DNA from: Bdellovibrionota bacterium
GTDB taxonomy: Bacteria; Bdellovibrionota; UBA1018; CAIPTA01; JAALKR01
Assembly (NCBI GenBank): GCA_965207455.1
Contig: CBDBMJ010000001.1
Coordinates: 608,001 to 672,000, forward strand
DNA length: 64,000 nt
Direction of reading: 5' to 3'
The notes beneath the pieces are model-generated. The model had not been told where the DNA came from. It did not search any database and saw only the letters and a program-made list of their open reading frames with translations. A program made the position numbers and the translations under genes. Shown one piece after another: positions 39,232 through 49,228 of this stretch. Numbering within the stretch: position 1 is the first letter of the stretch; the number at the start of each line of letters is the position of its first letter.

Positions 39232-41509
39232 GAACTAACTCTCTATTGGTTTTTTTCATGGGTAATTCCATTGTCAAACAGGTTCCATTTCCCTTAGGTG
39301 AAGTGGCCCGCATCTGACCACCATGGTCGTTTATTATACGCTTGGCTATGGCTAAGCCTAACCCAGTACCTTCCTTTTTTGTAGAAAAATATGGCTCAAA
39401 TAGTAAGGGCAGGGTTTTTTCTGGAATACCGGGACCATTATCCATAATATCAATAATAATCTTAGATGAAATGGGATTCAATCTTGTTATTATTTTTACC
39501 CTATTTACCCCGTTTTCTTGAAAAGCAGCAATAGCGTTATTGAGTAAATTAATGACAACACGTTTGATTTGTTCCCGGTCGAAAGAGAAAATAGGCACGT
39601 CCTTATCGAGAGATGTTTGGAACTCAATGTTTTTATGGGCTTGTTTGTATAGATTTACCACATCCATAATAGTGGTGTTTAAATTATTAAGTACGGGATT
39701 AGCTGCTGGAAATTGGGCAAACTCAAAGAATGCATTGACCATTTTCTTTAAAGAATCCACTTCGTGAATAATCATTCCCGTGCATTCCTGGAGTAGCTTA
39801 TCCTCCTCTTGGGAAAGTTGCTCTCGAGTGAATTTCTTTTGTAGCCGTTGGGCACATAATTTAATGGGCGTTAGGGGGTTTTTAATTTCATGGGCAACCC
39901 TTTGGGCTACTTCTCTCCAAGTAGCCTCCCTTTGGGCTTCAAATAAATGGGTAATATCGTCTAATACCAATACCAGTCCTTGGTATATTCCCGAGTCGTC
40001 ATATAGGGGAATGGCGTTTAGCAATACGGGAATGGAGTTACCTTTTTCGGAGAGCAGATTTAAATTTTTAAAAGCAGTCTCCTTCTTCCCACTCTCCACA
40101 ATCTCTTCAATCACAGATTGCAATTCCTCTAAAGTATCCACGAACACATCTTCTGTAAACCTACCCACTGTCTTTTTCTCCTCTAGTTTTAAGAGAGTAG
40201 CGGCTACTTTATTGATAGTTACGATTTCAAATTTTGCACTAATGGAGCACACTCCAGCACTAATATTGGAAAGTAGTACCTCCAAATAGCGGCGCTTATC
40301 TTCCAACTCCTGGTTTGTGGATTGCAGTTTATTTCGACTTTCTTTGAGGTCCATAGTCATGCGGTTGAATGTCATGAGCACAGTGGAAATTTCATCGCGA
40401 CCAGCATTACCACTCAATTCCACGTCTAAATTACCCTCTCCCACCTCCTTTACTGCTTGTTGTAGCCTATTCAAGGGCACTGTGAATTGTTTTGCTAAAT
40501 GGACACCAGCCCAGATCGCTACAAAAATAACTAGCAGGGTACTTAATACCAGGATGCTTAGGTAAATGGATTTTAAGGGATATTTTAAGGGATTTACTTG
40601 CTGGTAATCCTCAAAGGCTGTGGAAATCTTTGTGGCCTTTGCGATTAAACTCACGGGCACATAGTAATTTACAGCAATCACGCCCATTACTTCTTTATTT
40701 CTTTCGGAAACGTAGAGGGGAATGATGGACCGGAGGACATCTCCACTACTCACATGTTGTATTAAATTTTTCACTTTCCCTTGGAAAACTTCCTCGAGAG
40801 ATTGAAGAGGAAGGTGGGGAAATATATCTTTTTTTAATTCGTCTTTGAAAGATAATAAACGTTCGCCCAAAGGTTCCCAATAGATCTCCACTGCGGCTAG
40901 GGAGTATTTTTTTCTCTGATGGGTAATTTCTTTTAAAAAACGCTCTCTCTTATGGGGATAGTACAGGATCTGCTTTTTCTGAAGATCCTCTCGAATTTTT
41001 TCCCCAAAATGTTGTGCACTTTCTTGGTGATCCTTATAATAGGCATGGGTGATTTCCATTGAAGCTTGTAGGGCGTTGCCAACCCGGATATTAAACCATT
41101 TGTCGAAAGAGGAATTAATGTACAGTGCGGATACCATAAATAAAATTACGGTGGGAATTACGGACAGAGACACAAAGGCAACAATGAGTTTGATTTTCAT
41201 TCTGGAACCCCAGATTCCCGTTTGTCGCTCGAAAAATACTTTCGAGAGGTTGCGGAAAATGAAAAATACAAAGATTACAATCAGTGCTAGGTTGAGGCTG
41301 ATAATACCAAAGAAGAAAATGGAATTTACAAAGGGTAGGGTACTGGAGGCTCCAGAGAGGCGAGTGGCTATATAGCTGCAGAGCATTATAGCGAGTGCGG
41401 TGAGTCCAATGAAGATAAACTCCCGAATTCGCTTTCTTTTCTCCATTTTGTCTAATGGCACCTGTTTGCTCCCGTTCTCCCCTTTTATTTTCTTTCTTTC
41501 TTCTCCCAT
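39221..41509 (-). CDS. ntrY: HAMP/PAS sensor histidine kinase NtrY
   Basis: SFDKWF, WREVAQRVAHEIKNPLTPI and GTGLGL motifs; paired with ntrX. Confidence 0.85.
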   Translation of the reverse strand: MGEERKKIKGENGSKQVPLDKMEKRKRIREFIFIGLTALAIMLCSYIATRLSGASSTLPFVNSIFFFGIISLNLALIVIFVFFIFRNLSKVFFERQTGIWGSRMKIKLIVAFVSLSVIPTVILFMVSALYINSSFDKWFNIRVGNALQASMEITHAYYKDHQESAQHFGEKIREDLQKKQILYYPHKRERFLKEITHQRKKYSLAAVEIYWEPLGERLLSFKDELKKDIFPHLPLQSLEEVFQGKVKNLIQHVSSGDVLRSIIPLYVSERNKEVMGVIAVNYYVPVSLIAKATKISTAFEDYQQVNPLKYPLKSIYLSILVLSTLLVIFVAIWAGVHLAKQFTVPLNRLQQAVKEVGEGNLDVELSGNAGRDEISTVLMTFNRMTMDLKESRNKLQSTNQELEDKRRYLEVLLSNISAGVCSISAKFEIVTINKVAATLLKLEEKKTVGRFTEDVFVDTLEELQSVIEEIVESGKKETAFKNLNLLSEKGNSIPVLLNAIPLYDDSGIYQGLVLVLDDITHLFEAQREATWREVAQRVAHEIKNPLTPIKLCAQRLQKKFTREQLSQEEDKLLQECTGMIIHEVDSLKKMVNAFFEFAQFPAANPVLNNLNTTIMDVVNLYKQAHKNIEFQTSLDKDVPIFSFDREQIKRVVINLLNNAIAAFQENGVNRVKIITRLNPISSKIIIDIMDNGPGIPEKTLPLLFEPYFSTKKEGTGLGLAIAKRIINDHGGQMRATSPKGNGTCLTMELPMKKTNRELVHEA

Positions 41510-41550
41510 GGTTGACAATTGCTGTCTATAACCCATATAACTTATTTATT

Positions 41551-43218
41551 ATGCCGTCTGAAATTGTTATTAATGCCACTTTACCAGAAATACGTATATG
41601 TCTTGTGGAAGATGGCGAAATTTCTACGCTTTCCAGTGAATTTGAGAAAAATAGGAGCATTGTAGGTAATATCTATAAGGGGCGGGTGAATCGGGTGCTA
41701 CCTGGCATGCAAGCTGCTTTTGTGGACATTGGCCTCAAGCGTGCTGCTTTCCTTTATGTGGGGGACGTGGTGATCGATAATAATTCACTGGTCACCAGTC
41801 AAGAGAGCGATACCTCCGGGCGAGAAAATATCAGAAGCGATTTAGAGATAGATGAGGGAGCCTACCTAGAGGACAAGAATTTAGAAAATTTGGAAACTGC
41901 CTCCCAAAAAAATGTGGAAGAAAGGTTTCCTCCTAATAAGGGTCGCCGACCTTCCCCCAGTGGACTCCTTCGCAAAAGAACTCCCAGGCATGATGCACCT
42001 AAAATTCAAGATGTATTGAGAGAGGGGCAAGAGATTCTTGTTCAGGTAACCAAGGCAGAGATGGGCACAAAGGGGGCGCGCTTGACGGGTCATATCGCCC
42101 TACCCGGTCGCCATGTGGTCCTAGTTCCCAGCACCGATCATGTGGGTGTGTCTCGAAAGATTTCCAGCGAAGAGGAGCGTATTCGTCTCCATGATTGTAT
42201 TGATGATCTTCGTCCCAAAGGAATGGGTTTTATTATACGAACCATGGCGGATAAGCAAAGTCCTGAGCGAATTACCAATGAGGTGAACTACTTATTACAA
42301 ACTTGGTCTACGGTGAAAAAAAACTTTGAGCAAAATAAAGCACCCACCTTGCTACATGAAGACCTCAGCATTGTGCTCCAAAATGTTCGAGATAATTTTA
42401 CCGACAATATCTATCGTTTAGTGGTGGACTCTCCTAGGGTCTACAACGAAATTTATGAATATGTGCAAGATGCGGCACCACACTTAAAGGAAAGGGTGGT
42501 TCGCTATACAGGAAAGGATCCCATCTTTGATGTATACGGTATCAACAGTGAAATATCCCGGACGCTCAATCGAAAGGTTTGGCTCAAAAGTGGGGGATAC
42601 CTTATCATCGACCAAGCTGAGGCTCTGACGGTAATCGATGTAAATACGGGCAAGTTTATTGGCAAGAAATCCTTGGAAGAAACAATTCTAAAAACAAACT
42701 TAGAGGCAGCAACAGAGGTTGCCTACCAACTTCGTCTTCGGGATGCTGGTGGAATTATCATCATCGATTTAATCGATATGGAAATCCATGCCCACCGGGA
42801 GCAAGTCTATCGCACCCTAGAGCGAGCACTTCGTAAAGATCAGGCAAGGACGAATATCTTGCGTATTTCCGAGTTGGGCTTGATCCAAATGACTCGAAAA
42901 CGTACGAAAGAATCTCTGAACCATATTTTTTGCACTCCCTGTCCGTATTGTAGGGGCAATGGTTTTATTAAAAATAAACGCACTATTTGTTATGATATTT
43001 TTCGAGAAATTGAGCGTATTGCACTAGAGGGAGGCATCACAGGAGCGAGTGTGGTGACTCATCCAGAAATCATGGATTCCCTATATTGCGAAGAGCGGGA
43101 AACTATCGACAGGGTGGAAGAACGTTTTGGCATGAGAATTTCCATCTATAGCGACGCTTCTCTACACTTGGAAGCATTTGATGTGAGTGGTGAGCGCCTC
43201 TCTCCAATCCAGCACTAA
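41551..43218 (+). CDS. rng: Ribonuclease G/E family
   Basis: VGNIYKGRV..LPGMQAAFVDIG, IDVNTGK and CPYC motifs; no long C-terminal scaffold; start refined. Confidence 0.92.
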   Translation: MPSEIVINATLPEIRICLVEDGEISTLSSEFEKNRSIVGNIYKGRVNRVLPGMQAAFVDIGLKRAAFLYVGDVVIDNNSLVTSQESDTSGRENIRSDLEIDEGAYLEDKNLENLETASQKNVEERFPPNKGRRPSPSGLLRKRTPRHDAPKIQDVLREGQEILVQVTKAEMGTKGARLTGHIALPGRHVVLVPSTDHVGVSRKISSEEERIRLHDCIDDLRPKGMGFIIRTMADKQSPERITNEVNYLLQTWSTVKKNFEQNKAPTLLHEDLSIVLQNVRDNFTDNIYRLVVDSPRVYNEIYEYVQDAAPHLKERVVRYTGKDPIFDVYGINSEISRTLNRKVWLKSGGYLIIDQAEALTVIDVNTGKFIGKKSLEETILKTNLEAATEVAYQLRLRDAGGIIIIDLIDMEIHAHREQVYRTLERALRKDQARTNILRISELGLIQMTRKRTKESLNHIFCTPCPYCRGNGFIKNKRTICYDIFREIERIALEGGITGASVVTHPEIMDSLYCEERETIDRVEERFGMRISIYSDASLHLEAFDVSGERLSPIQH

Positions 43219-43233
43219 TTATTTTTTCATCAA

Positions 43234-43788
43234 TTAAGGAGCGTGATCCACCAGTTGATTTAGTATCTTTTGGCAGTTTTGTGCGCTAAGGGCAAAATCT
43301 CTCTTACTATATTTTTTTGTACCCCAGAGTTGTAGTTCTATGGAGCAACTCGACGGGGTGCTGGCCAGGGTTCTGCCTTCATCAAAGGAGGACTGGTTTT
43401 TTCCTGGAAGTATGGAGAGCATAAGGGGGTGATCGCTTTTTTCGTCCCCTAGGAAAGAATAGTAGTCCATGGATTCTTTATTGATGAGTCGTAGGGCATG
43501 GTTTTTATTGTTAAAAATAAGGTAGAAATTTCCGTTCTTATAGCCCACTGACATGCCCACAGTCTGGAAAAAAACATGGGAGGGACCACTGCTAGCCAAA
43601 GTTCGGCTCTTGCCCGTAGAGGCGACCTTTTGAAACTCATCCTTCACATTATTTAACCATGTAAAGTCTCCCCGTAGGGCAGCAGGTAATTGATCGAGGC
43701 CTTTTCGAGCATGCATTGCGCCTGAGCAGGCATTGAGGGAAATCAAAAATAATGCAGCAAGTAAGGCTGTTTGGATCTTTGGCATCAT
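43234..43788 (-). CDS. Hypothetical lipoprotein
   Basis: Signal with lipobox LNA|C from ATG 43788; contains RTLAS/RxxAS motifs. Confidence 0.65.
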   Translation of the reverse strand: MMPKIQTALLAALFLISLNACSGAMHARKGLDQLPAALRGDFTWLNNVKDEFQKVASTGKSRTLASSGPSHVFFQTVGMSVGYKNGNFYLIFNNKNHALRLINKESMDYYSFLGDEKSDHPLMLSILPGKNQSSFDEGRTLASTPSSCSIELQLWGTKKYSKRDFALSAQNCQKILNQLVDHAP

Positions 43789-43906
43789 TGCTTTTATTGT
43801 ATCACACGATAATGCATATCTCCAAGTGGGCATACCATCGACCGCAGGAGTCCCGCTGTATGAAAATTTCTTGTGAATTCCGTGTGCCAACTGGTAAATA
43901 AAATCC

Positions 43907-46510
43907 ATGGATCCTGCAAAATTAGAGTTACTGCCAGATACTCCCATGTGGAAGCAATTTAGGGAGATTAAGGGTAAGGCTTTGGATAGTCTCTTATTTT
44001 ACCGTATGGGTGATTTTTATGAGCTTTTCTTAGAGGACGCTGTGATTGCTGCTAATGTATTGGGCATTACCCTAACGGCTCGCCATAAAAAACAGGCTCA
44101 CCCGGTGGCCATGTGTGGAGTTCCTTTCCATAGTGCCACGGCTTATATCAATAAATTATTAGCAGCGGGACATAGGGTGGCTATCTGTGAACAGGTATCA
44201 AAGCCGGGGGAACAAAAAGGGATTGTGAAGAGAGAGATTGTGCGTGTGGTGAGTCCGGGAGTTGCCTATGATCACGATGCTTTGGAGGAGAGTGAGCATA
44301 ACTATTTAATGGCAGTAAGCTTTATGTCGTGGGGGGGAAGTTATTGTGCCACCGATCTTTCCACGGGAGATTCTCTCTATGGTAGTTTTTCTTCTGTAGA
44401 GGATTTCTTCAGTGCTCTTTCTTTTCTCCAGCCCAAAGAGATTATTTTAAGTGTGAGTCAGGACGAAAAGGGAGAGTGGGAGAAGGTTGCGCCTTATTAT
44501 GATGATAAAAAGCCTTGTATCACGGTTTGCCCCGATTATTATTTTGCTCAGGAGGCTGGCTTTGAGGATTTGTGTCGTCACTTTGGAGTGAATCACTTAG
44601 AGGCCTTTAATCTATCTCGTAAGTCTCCAGAGTTAGGTTCCATCAATGCTATTTTTCGAAAGATGAAGGAGAGTAAGGTAAATTTATGTCACCTTCAACC
44701 GCCCCGGGAAAACACAAGTGTTGATTGTTTACATATCGACGATAGTACCATCGATCATTTGGATTTATTTCCCAAGGCAGATCGGAACGCGTCGGAAAGT
44801 CTTTTCTTTCATATTAACCGAACCACCACGGCTTTGGGAGTGCGTATGTTGAGAAAGATGCTTCTCCGTCCGTTGCAAAATGTTAGTAAGATTCAAGCAC
44901 GTCAGCGGGCGATTAAAGAATTATTACAAAGTGATTTACTGATTGTACTTCGTTCCCAGCTATCGGGAATTAAGGATGTGGAGCGCTTAGTGGCTAAGTT
45001 GGGATTGCAGTCTGCCTCTCCTCGGGATCTTTTTGTGCTTGGAGAGACATTGGCAAGGATTCCGGAAATAAAAAAAATATTGCAACAGCTTTCCTCTAGT
45101 CCGCTGTTATCCCATATCGAATCCAAGTTAGGGAGTTTTCCCTCTATTGTCAGTCTATTATCCAAAAGTCTTCGAGACGACGCTCCCGTTCATACCAGAG
45201 AGGGAAAAATCTTTAAGAAGGGATGGAATGGGGATTTGGACGAGCTTATTAATCTCTCCACCCATGCTCAGGATCTTATTATTAGCATGGAGGAGGAGGA
45301 AAGAAAGAAAACAGGGATTCATAATTTAAAGATCAAGTACAATCGGGTATTTGGTTATGCCATAGAGATAACAAAGTCTCACTTAAAGTTAGTGCCGCCC
45401 CATTATGTGCGAAAGCAAACTACGATACATGCCGAGCGTTTTATAACAGAGGAATTAAAGTTATTTGAGCACAAAGTATTGAGTGCAGAGGAATCGAGGA
45501 TTTCTTTGGAAGCAAGTTTATTTAACACTCTTATTGAGACTATTTCTCGTAGTAGCAAAGAGATTTTAAAAACAGCGAAGCAAGTGGCTTACTTGGATGC
45601 GCTTCAGGGATTAGCTACGGTTGCCCAAGAAAAACAATTTCAGTGTCCTGAGATTACTGAGGGTATGGATTTGTTTATTGAGGAGGGTCGCCACCCCATA
45701 GTGGAAGCATTGATTGGTCGGGATCATTTTATTCCCAACACGATTGAATGTACGGAGAGGGAAAAATTCTTTTTATTGACGGGTCCAAACATGGGTGGAA
45801 AGTCCACTTATATGAGGCAAGTGGCTTTGCTTACTCTCTTAGCTCATACGGGTTCTTTTATTCCTGCGAAAAGAGCCGTTATAGGGCTTGTGGATAGGAT
45901 TGCTAGCAGGGTGGGTGCCAGTGATCGAATTGGTCAGGGTCAATCCACGTTTATGGTGGAGATGAGTGAGACGGCTCGTATTTTAAGGCAAGCCACAAAA
46001 CGAAGTTTACTTATTATTGATGAAATTGGTCGAGGCACGTCTACTTTTGACGGTTTGGCGTTAGCTTGGGCAATTTTAGAGGATATTCATTCCCGACTAG
46101 GTTGTCGCACTATTTTTGCGACCCATTACCATGAGCTTACGGATTTGGAAAAACAACTAGAAGGGGTGAAAAATCTTTCTGTTTTGGTGGAGGAAAGGGA
46201 CGGTACTATTTTATTTTTACACAAAGTTTCTCCTGGAACTGCCAGTGGTTCCTATGGGGTGCAAGTGGCTAAGTTGGCAGGCTTGCCGGATGTTGTTGTA
46301 AGGCGCGCAGCGAGTTTATTAGAGACATTGGAAAAGAAGTCTCCTCCATCTCCGCCTAAGGCATCAAAAACACCAGAAAAAATAATAAAAAAGCGACTAT
46401 CACCTCTAGAAGAAGAGTTAAAAAGTTTAGACATCAATCAGTGCACGCCCATGGACACGTTTTTAAAGGTCAAAGAATTTCAAGAGAAATTAAACACCCT
46501 AGAGATATGA
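43907..46510 (+). CDS. mutS: DNA mismatch repair protein MutS
   Basis: RMGDFYELF, GPNMGGKST, STFMVEM and DEIGRGT motifs. Confidence 0.97.
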   Translation: MDPAKLELLPDTPMWKQFREIKGKALDSLLFYRMGDFYELFLEDAVIAANVLGITLTARHKKQAHPVAMCGVPFHSATAYINKLLAAGHRVAICEQVSKPGEQKGIVKREIVRVVSPGVAYDHDALEESEHNYLMAVSFMSWGGSYCATDLSTGDSLYGSFSSVEDFFSALSFLQPKEIILSVSQDEKGEWEKVAPYYDDKKPCITVCPDYYFAQEAGFEDLCRHFGVNHLEAFNLSRKSPELGSINAIFRKMKESKVNLCHLQPPRENTSVDCLHIDDSTIDHLDLFPKADRNASESLFFHINRTTTALGVRMLRKMLLRPLQNVSKIQARQRAIKELLQSDLLIVLRSQLSGIKDVERLVAKLGLQSASPRDLFVLGETLARIPEIKKILQQLSSSPLLSHIESKLGSFPSIVSLLSKSLRDDAPVHTREGKIFKKGWNGDLDELINLSTHAQDLIISMEEEERKKTGIHNLKIKYNRVFGYAIEITKSHLKLVPPHYVRKQTTIHAERFITEELKLFEHKVLSAEESRISLEASLFNTLIETISRSSKEILKTAKQVAYLDALQGLATVAQEKQFQCPEITEGMDLFIEEGRHPIVEALIGRDHFIPNTIECTEREKFFLLTGPNMGGKSTYMRQVALLTLLAHTGSFIPAKRAVIGLVDRIASRVGASDRIGQGQSTFMVEMSETARILRQATKRSLLIIDEIGRGTSTFDGLALAWAILEDIHSRLGCRTIFATHYHELTDLEKQLEGVKNLSVLVEERDGTILFLHKVSPGTASGSYGVQVAKLAGLPDVVVRRAASLLETLEKKSPPSPPKASKTPEKIIKKRLSPLEEELKSLDINQCTPMDTFLKVKEFQEKLNTLEI

Positions 46511-48261
46511 AATACAAATGGCAGCTAGCCCAAGCACAATCCAGCCTCCAATCACTTGCCCAAGAGGCTTCCCATGCTCTAGATCTTCCTCTTTGGGTTG
46601 CTCGTATTCTTGCTCAACGATCTCAGTTTTGGGCTGATTCCAGCCTTTCGTCCATGGAGCGTTTTTTACGCCCTCGTCTTCAAGACTTACCCGATCCTTT
46701 TGCCCTAAAAGATATGTCTTTGGCTGTGGATAGGGTTATCCAGGCCATACAGAAAAAAGAAAAGATTCTTATTTATGGTGATTACGACGTGGATGGCACT
46801 GTGGGCGCTGCCATTCTTAGGAGATTTTTTCGTTCTCTAGGTTGTGAGCCATTGGTATTCCAGCCGGACCGTCAGAAAGAGGGTTATGGACTTAACGTTC
46901 AAGCCATTGAAGATTTTGCCAAAAAGGGTGTTCACTTACTCATCAGTGTGGATTGTGGAATATCTAATGTGGTGGAGGCCAAAAGAGCGAAAGAGCTCCA
47001 AATGGATTTAATTATTTGCGACCACCATGAAGTGCCTGATCCCATGCCTCAAGCGTTAGCCGTACTGAACCACAAGCGTAAAGATGATTCCTCGGGGATT
47101 CGCAATTTATGTGGTGCTGGCATGGCTTTTTATTTAGCGATTGCCGTTCGATCCACTTTGCGACAACAAAAGTATTTTAAAAAAGGACCGGACCTTCGCG
47201 AGTTGCTGGACTTGGTGGCTGTGGCTACGATTGCAGATATGGTTCCCCTCTTGGAAGAAAACCGTATCCTTACTCACTTGGGTTTAACAAAACTTAGAAC
47301 GCATCCCTGTGTTGGTTTGCGTGCCCTTTGTGAATGTACTAATACGCCTTTAGGGCAAGTGAGCACTTACCATGTGGGTTTTGTGATTGGTCCTCGGATC
47401 AATGCTTCTGGAAGGTTGGGTTCTGCGAGCATTGCTTTGGAATTATTGTCCACCGACGATCCTATGGTGGCAAAAGATCTAGCCCAACAATTACATGCCA
47501 TCAACCACAAACGTATAGAAGTGCAAAAGCAAGTATCCAAAGAAGCCATGGAACAAAGTGCTGCCTTGGAAACAAACGTTGCGGGTATTGTTATACAATC
47601 GGACCATTGGCACGAAGGTGTTATTGGTATTGTAGCATCTCGTGTGGCAGAGAAATTTCATCGTCCTGTGGTTGTGGTGAGTTTTAAAGACCACATGGGA
47701 AAGGGGTCTGTACGTTCGTACAAAAACATAGATGTGCTGGCTTGCTTACGAGAGTGCGATTCGCTTTTGGTTAAGTATGGAGGTCATGCTGCTGCTGCGG
47801 GATTAAGTGTGGAACGAAAAAATTTCCCTGCTTTTTGCAAAGCCTTTGCACAGGCTGTGGGCAAGCAAGTGGAAGCACTGACTTGTCCGGGGCAAACTCT
47901 TCTTGATCCTGTTATTTCTATTGATATGGAATTATCTCAAAGTTCTTTAGACGTGGAATCGATTGGGCAATTAGCGCGTCTAGAGCCGTTTGGTATGGGT
48001 AACCCTCGTCCTATTATTGCTCTTCAGGGAATAAAAGTAAACAGTAGTCGTTTGTTAAAGGAAGAGCATTTAAAATTGTTTCTTGCTGGTGATTCAAAGG
48101 ATAGCATAAGTACTGGAGACATGGAGGCTATATGGTTTTATGCTCCCAAGGAAAAGCAACCATCCGCTGGAGATTCCATAGATTTAGCCGTTATCCCTGG
48201 GGTATCCACCTTTCGAGGACGCACCCGTCTCGATCTTCAAATTAAAGATCTACGACAATAG
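46507..48261 (+). CDS. recJ: ssDNA exonuclease RecJ
   Basis: YGDYDVDG, DHH and GGHAAAAG motifs; ATGA overlap with mutS. Confidence 0.95.
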   Translation: MKYKWQLAQAQSSLQSLAQEASHALDLPLWVARILAQRSQFWADSSLSSMERFLRPRLQDLPDPFALKDMSLAVDRVIQAIQKKEKILIYGDYDVDGTVGAAILRRFFRSLGCEPLVFQPDRQKEGYGLNVQAIEDFAKKGVHLLISVDCGISNVVEAKRAKELQMDLIICDHHEVPDPMPQALAVLNHKRKDDSSGIRNLCGAGMAFYLAIAVRSTLRQQKYFKKGPDLRELLDLVAVATIADMVPLLEENRILTHLGLTKLRTHPCVGLRALCECTNTPLGQVSTYHVGFVIGPRINASGRLGSASIALELLSTDDPMVAKDLAQQLHAINHKRIEVQKQVSKEAMEQSAALETNVAGIVIQSDHWHEGVIGIVASRVAEKFHRPVVVVSFKDHMGKGSVRSYKNIDVLACLRECDSLLVKYGGHAAAAGLSVERKNFPAFCKAFAQAVGKQVEALTCPGQTLLDPVISIDMELSQSSLDVESIGQLARLEPFGMGNPRPIIALQGIKVNSSRLLKEEHLKLFLAGDSKDSISTGDMEAIWFYAPKEKQPSAGDSIDLAVIPGVSTFRGRTRLDLQIKDLRQ

Positions 48262-48321
48262 CTATTTTGCAAACCGCCGCTGTTTATTCAATGGGGTCCA
48301 GTCCAAAGATAATTAAAAAAA

Positions 48322-48600
48322 TTACCTGCAGTTGCTGGGACTTTCAGTACAAGTTATAAAAATGGCTCTTTTAAAAGTCATGGTTCTTTTTAGACTTTTC
48401 TCTTTACAGGTTTCTTTGACGTCTTCATAGCAAGCATAATTTTTATTAGGATTATTTCCACAACGCGGGTAATCATATTGTCCATGTTTGCGTTCGACAC
48501 TTGAGCTACACTTCCACTCTTCATTGTCTGTAGAGTCATGGGCAAAAGCTGATATTCCCGTTAATGCTAAAATACATATAGTTATTCTTAAGTAGTTCAT
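48322..48600 (-). CDS. Small secreted Cys-rich protein (paralog A)
   Basis: GGAGG RBS, signal peptide (ISAFA|H), 6 Cys in the mature part; paralog at 54389-54685. Confidence 0.8.
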   Translation of the reverse strand: MNYLRITICILALTGISAFAHDSTDNEEWKCSSSVERKHGQYDYPRCGNNPNKNYACYEDVKETCKEKSLKRTMTFKRAIFITCTESPSNCR

Positions 48601-49031
48601 AATATCCTCCAGTTAATTGTTGTTATCAAAACAATGTATCACATTAATAAATTGAGGCAACCTCTTTGTGACAATTATAGCAAATCATAAATGCGTCAAA
48701 ATATTCTTTTCCGATTATGTAAAAAATATAGTGCAAAAGATTTATAGCGATCAACAGAATTTTAAATAATCGCAAATCAAGGAACTGCTGCGCAGTTCTT
48801 ACTGCAATAGCTAATTACTCCACCTCAAGCATGGAGGAAAAGTTCAATTGTTTTCTTGATGCACAAAAAAACATTGATGTACAAAAAATATTCAGTTACT
48901 AAATCCTTTATAAAAAGGGTCTCAGTGTATTCCCCTGTTTCAGGGAAGTTGTCCGTTTTTACAATCTGCGTGAGTACGGTTGATTTTTCTTAAAAGCCGC
49001 AATCTCGTAGTTTTTCTATCAACAATAAGAG

Positions 49032-49155
49032 CCTTGCCTTCTTTCAATCTAAATGTATTTTTGCTAAAAAGTCATAACTTGATGTGTTGACTGCCGCCAA
49101 ATGGCACTAAAAGCCCTTTTCAGGCTCGATTTAGATCTATTTATGCAACGACCCC
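49032..49155 (-). mobile_element. Solitary left end of an IS5/IS903-group element
   Basis: Aligns with 52590-52713 (ccttgccttctttcaat..., ..ctatttatgcaacgacccc versus ..ctatttatgcaacaacacc). Confidence 0.75.
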
Positions 49156-49228
49156 TTTAATTAAAAATATTAAGAGTAAAACTATGTAAGGGCAAAACGT
49201 AACTTAGTCTTTTGACCGCCCTTGTACT

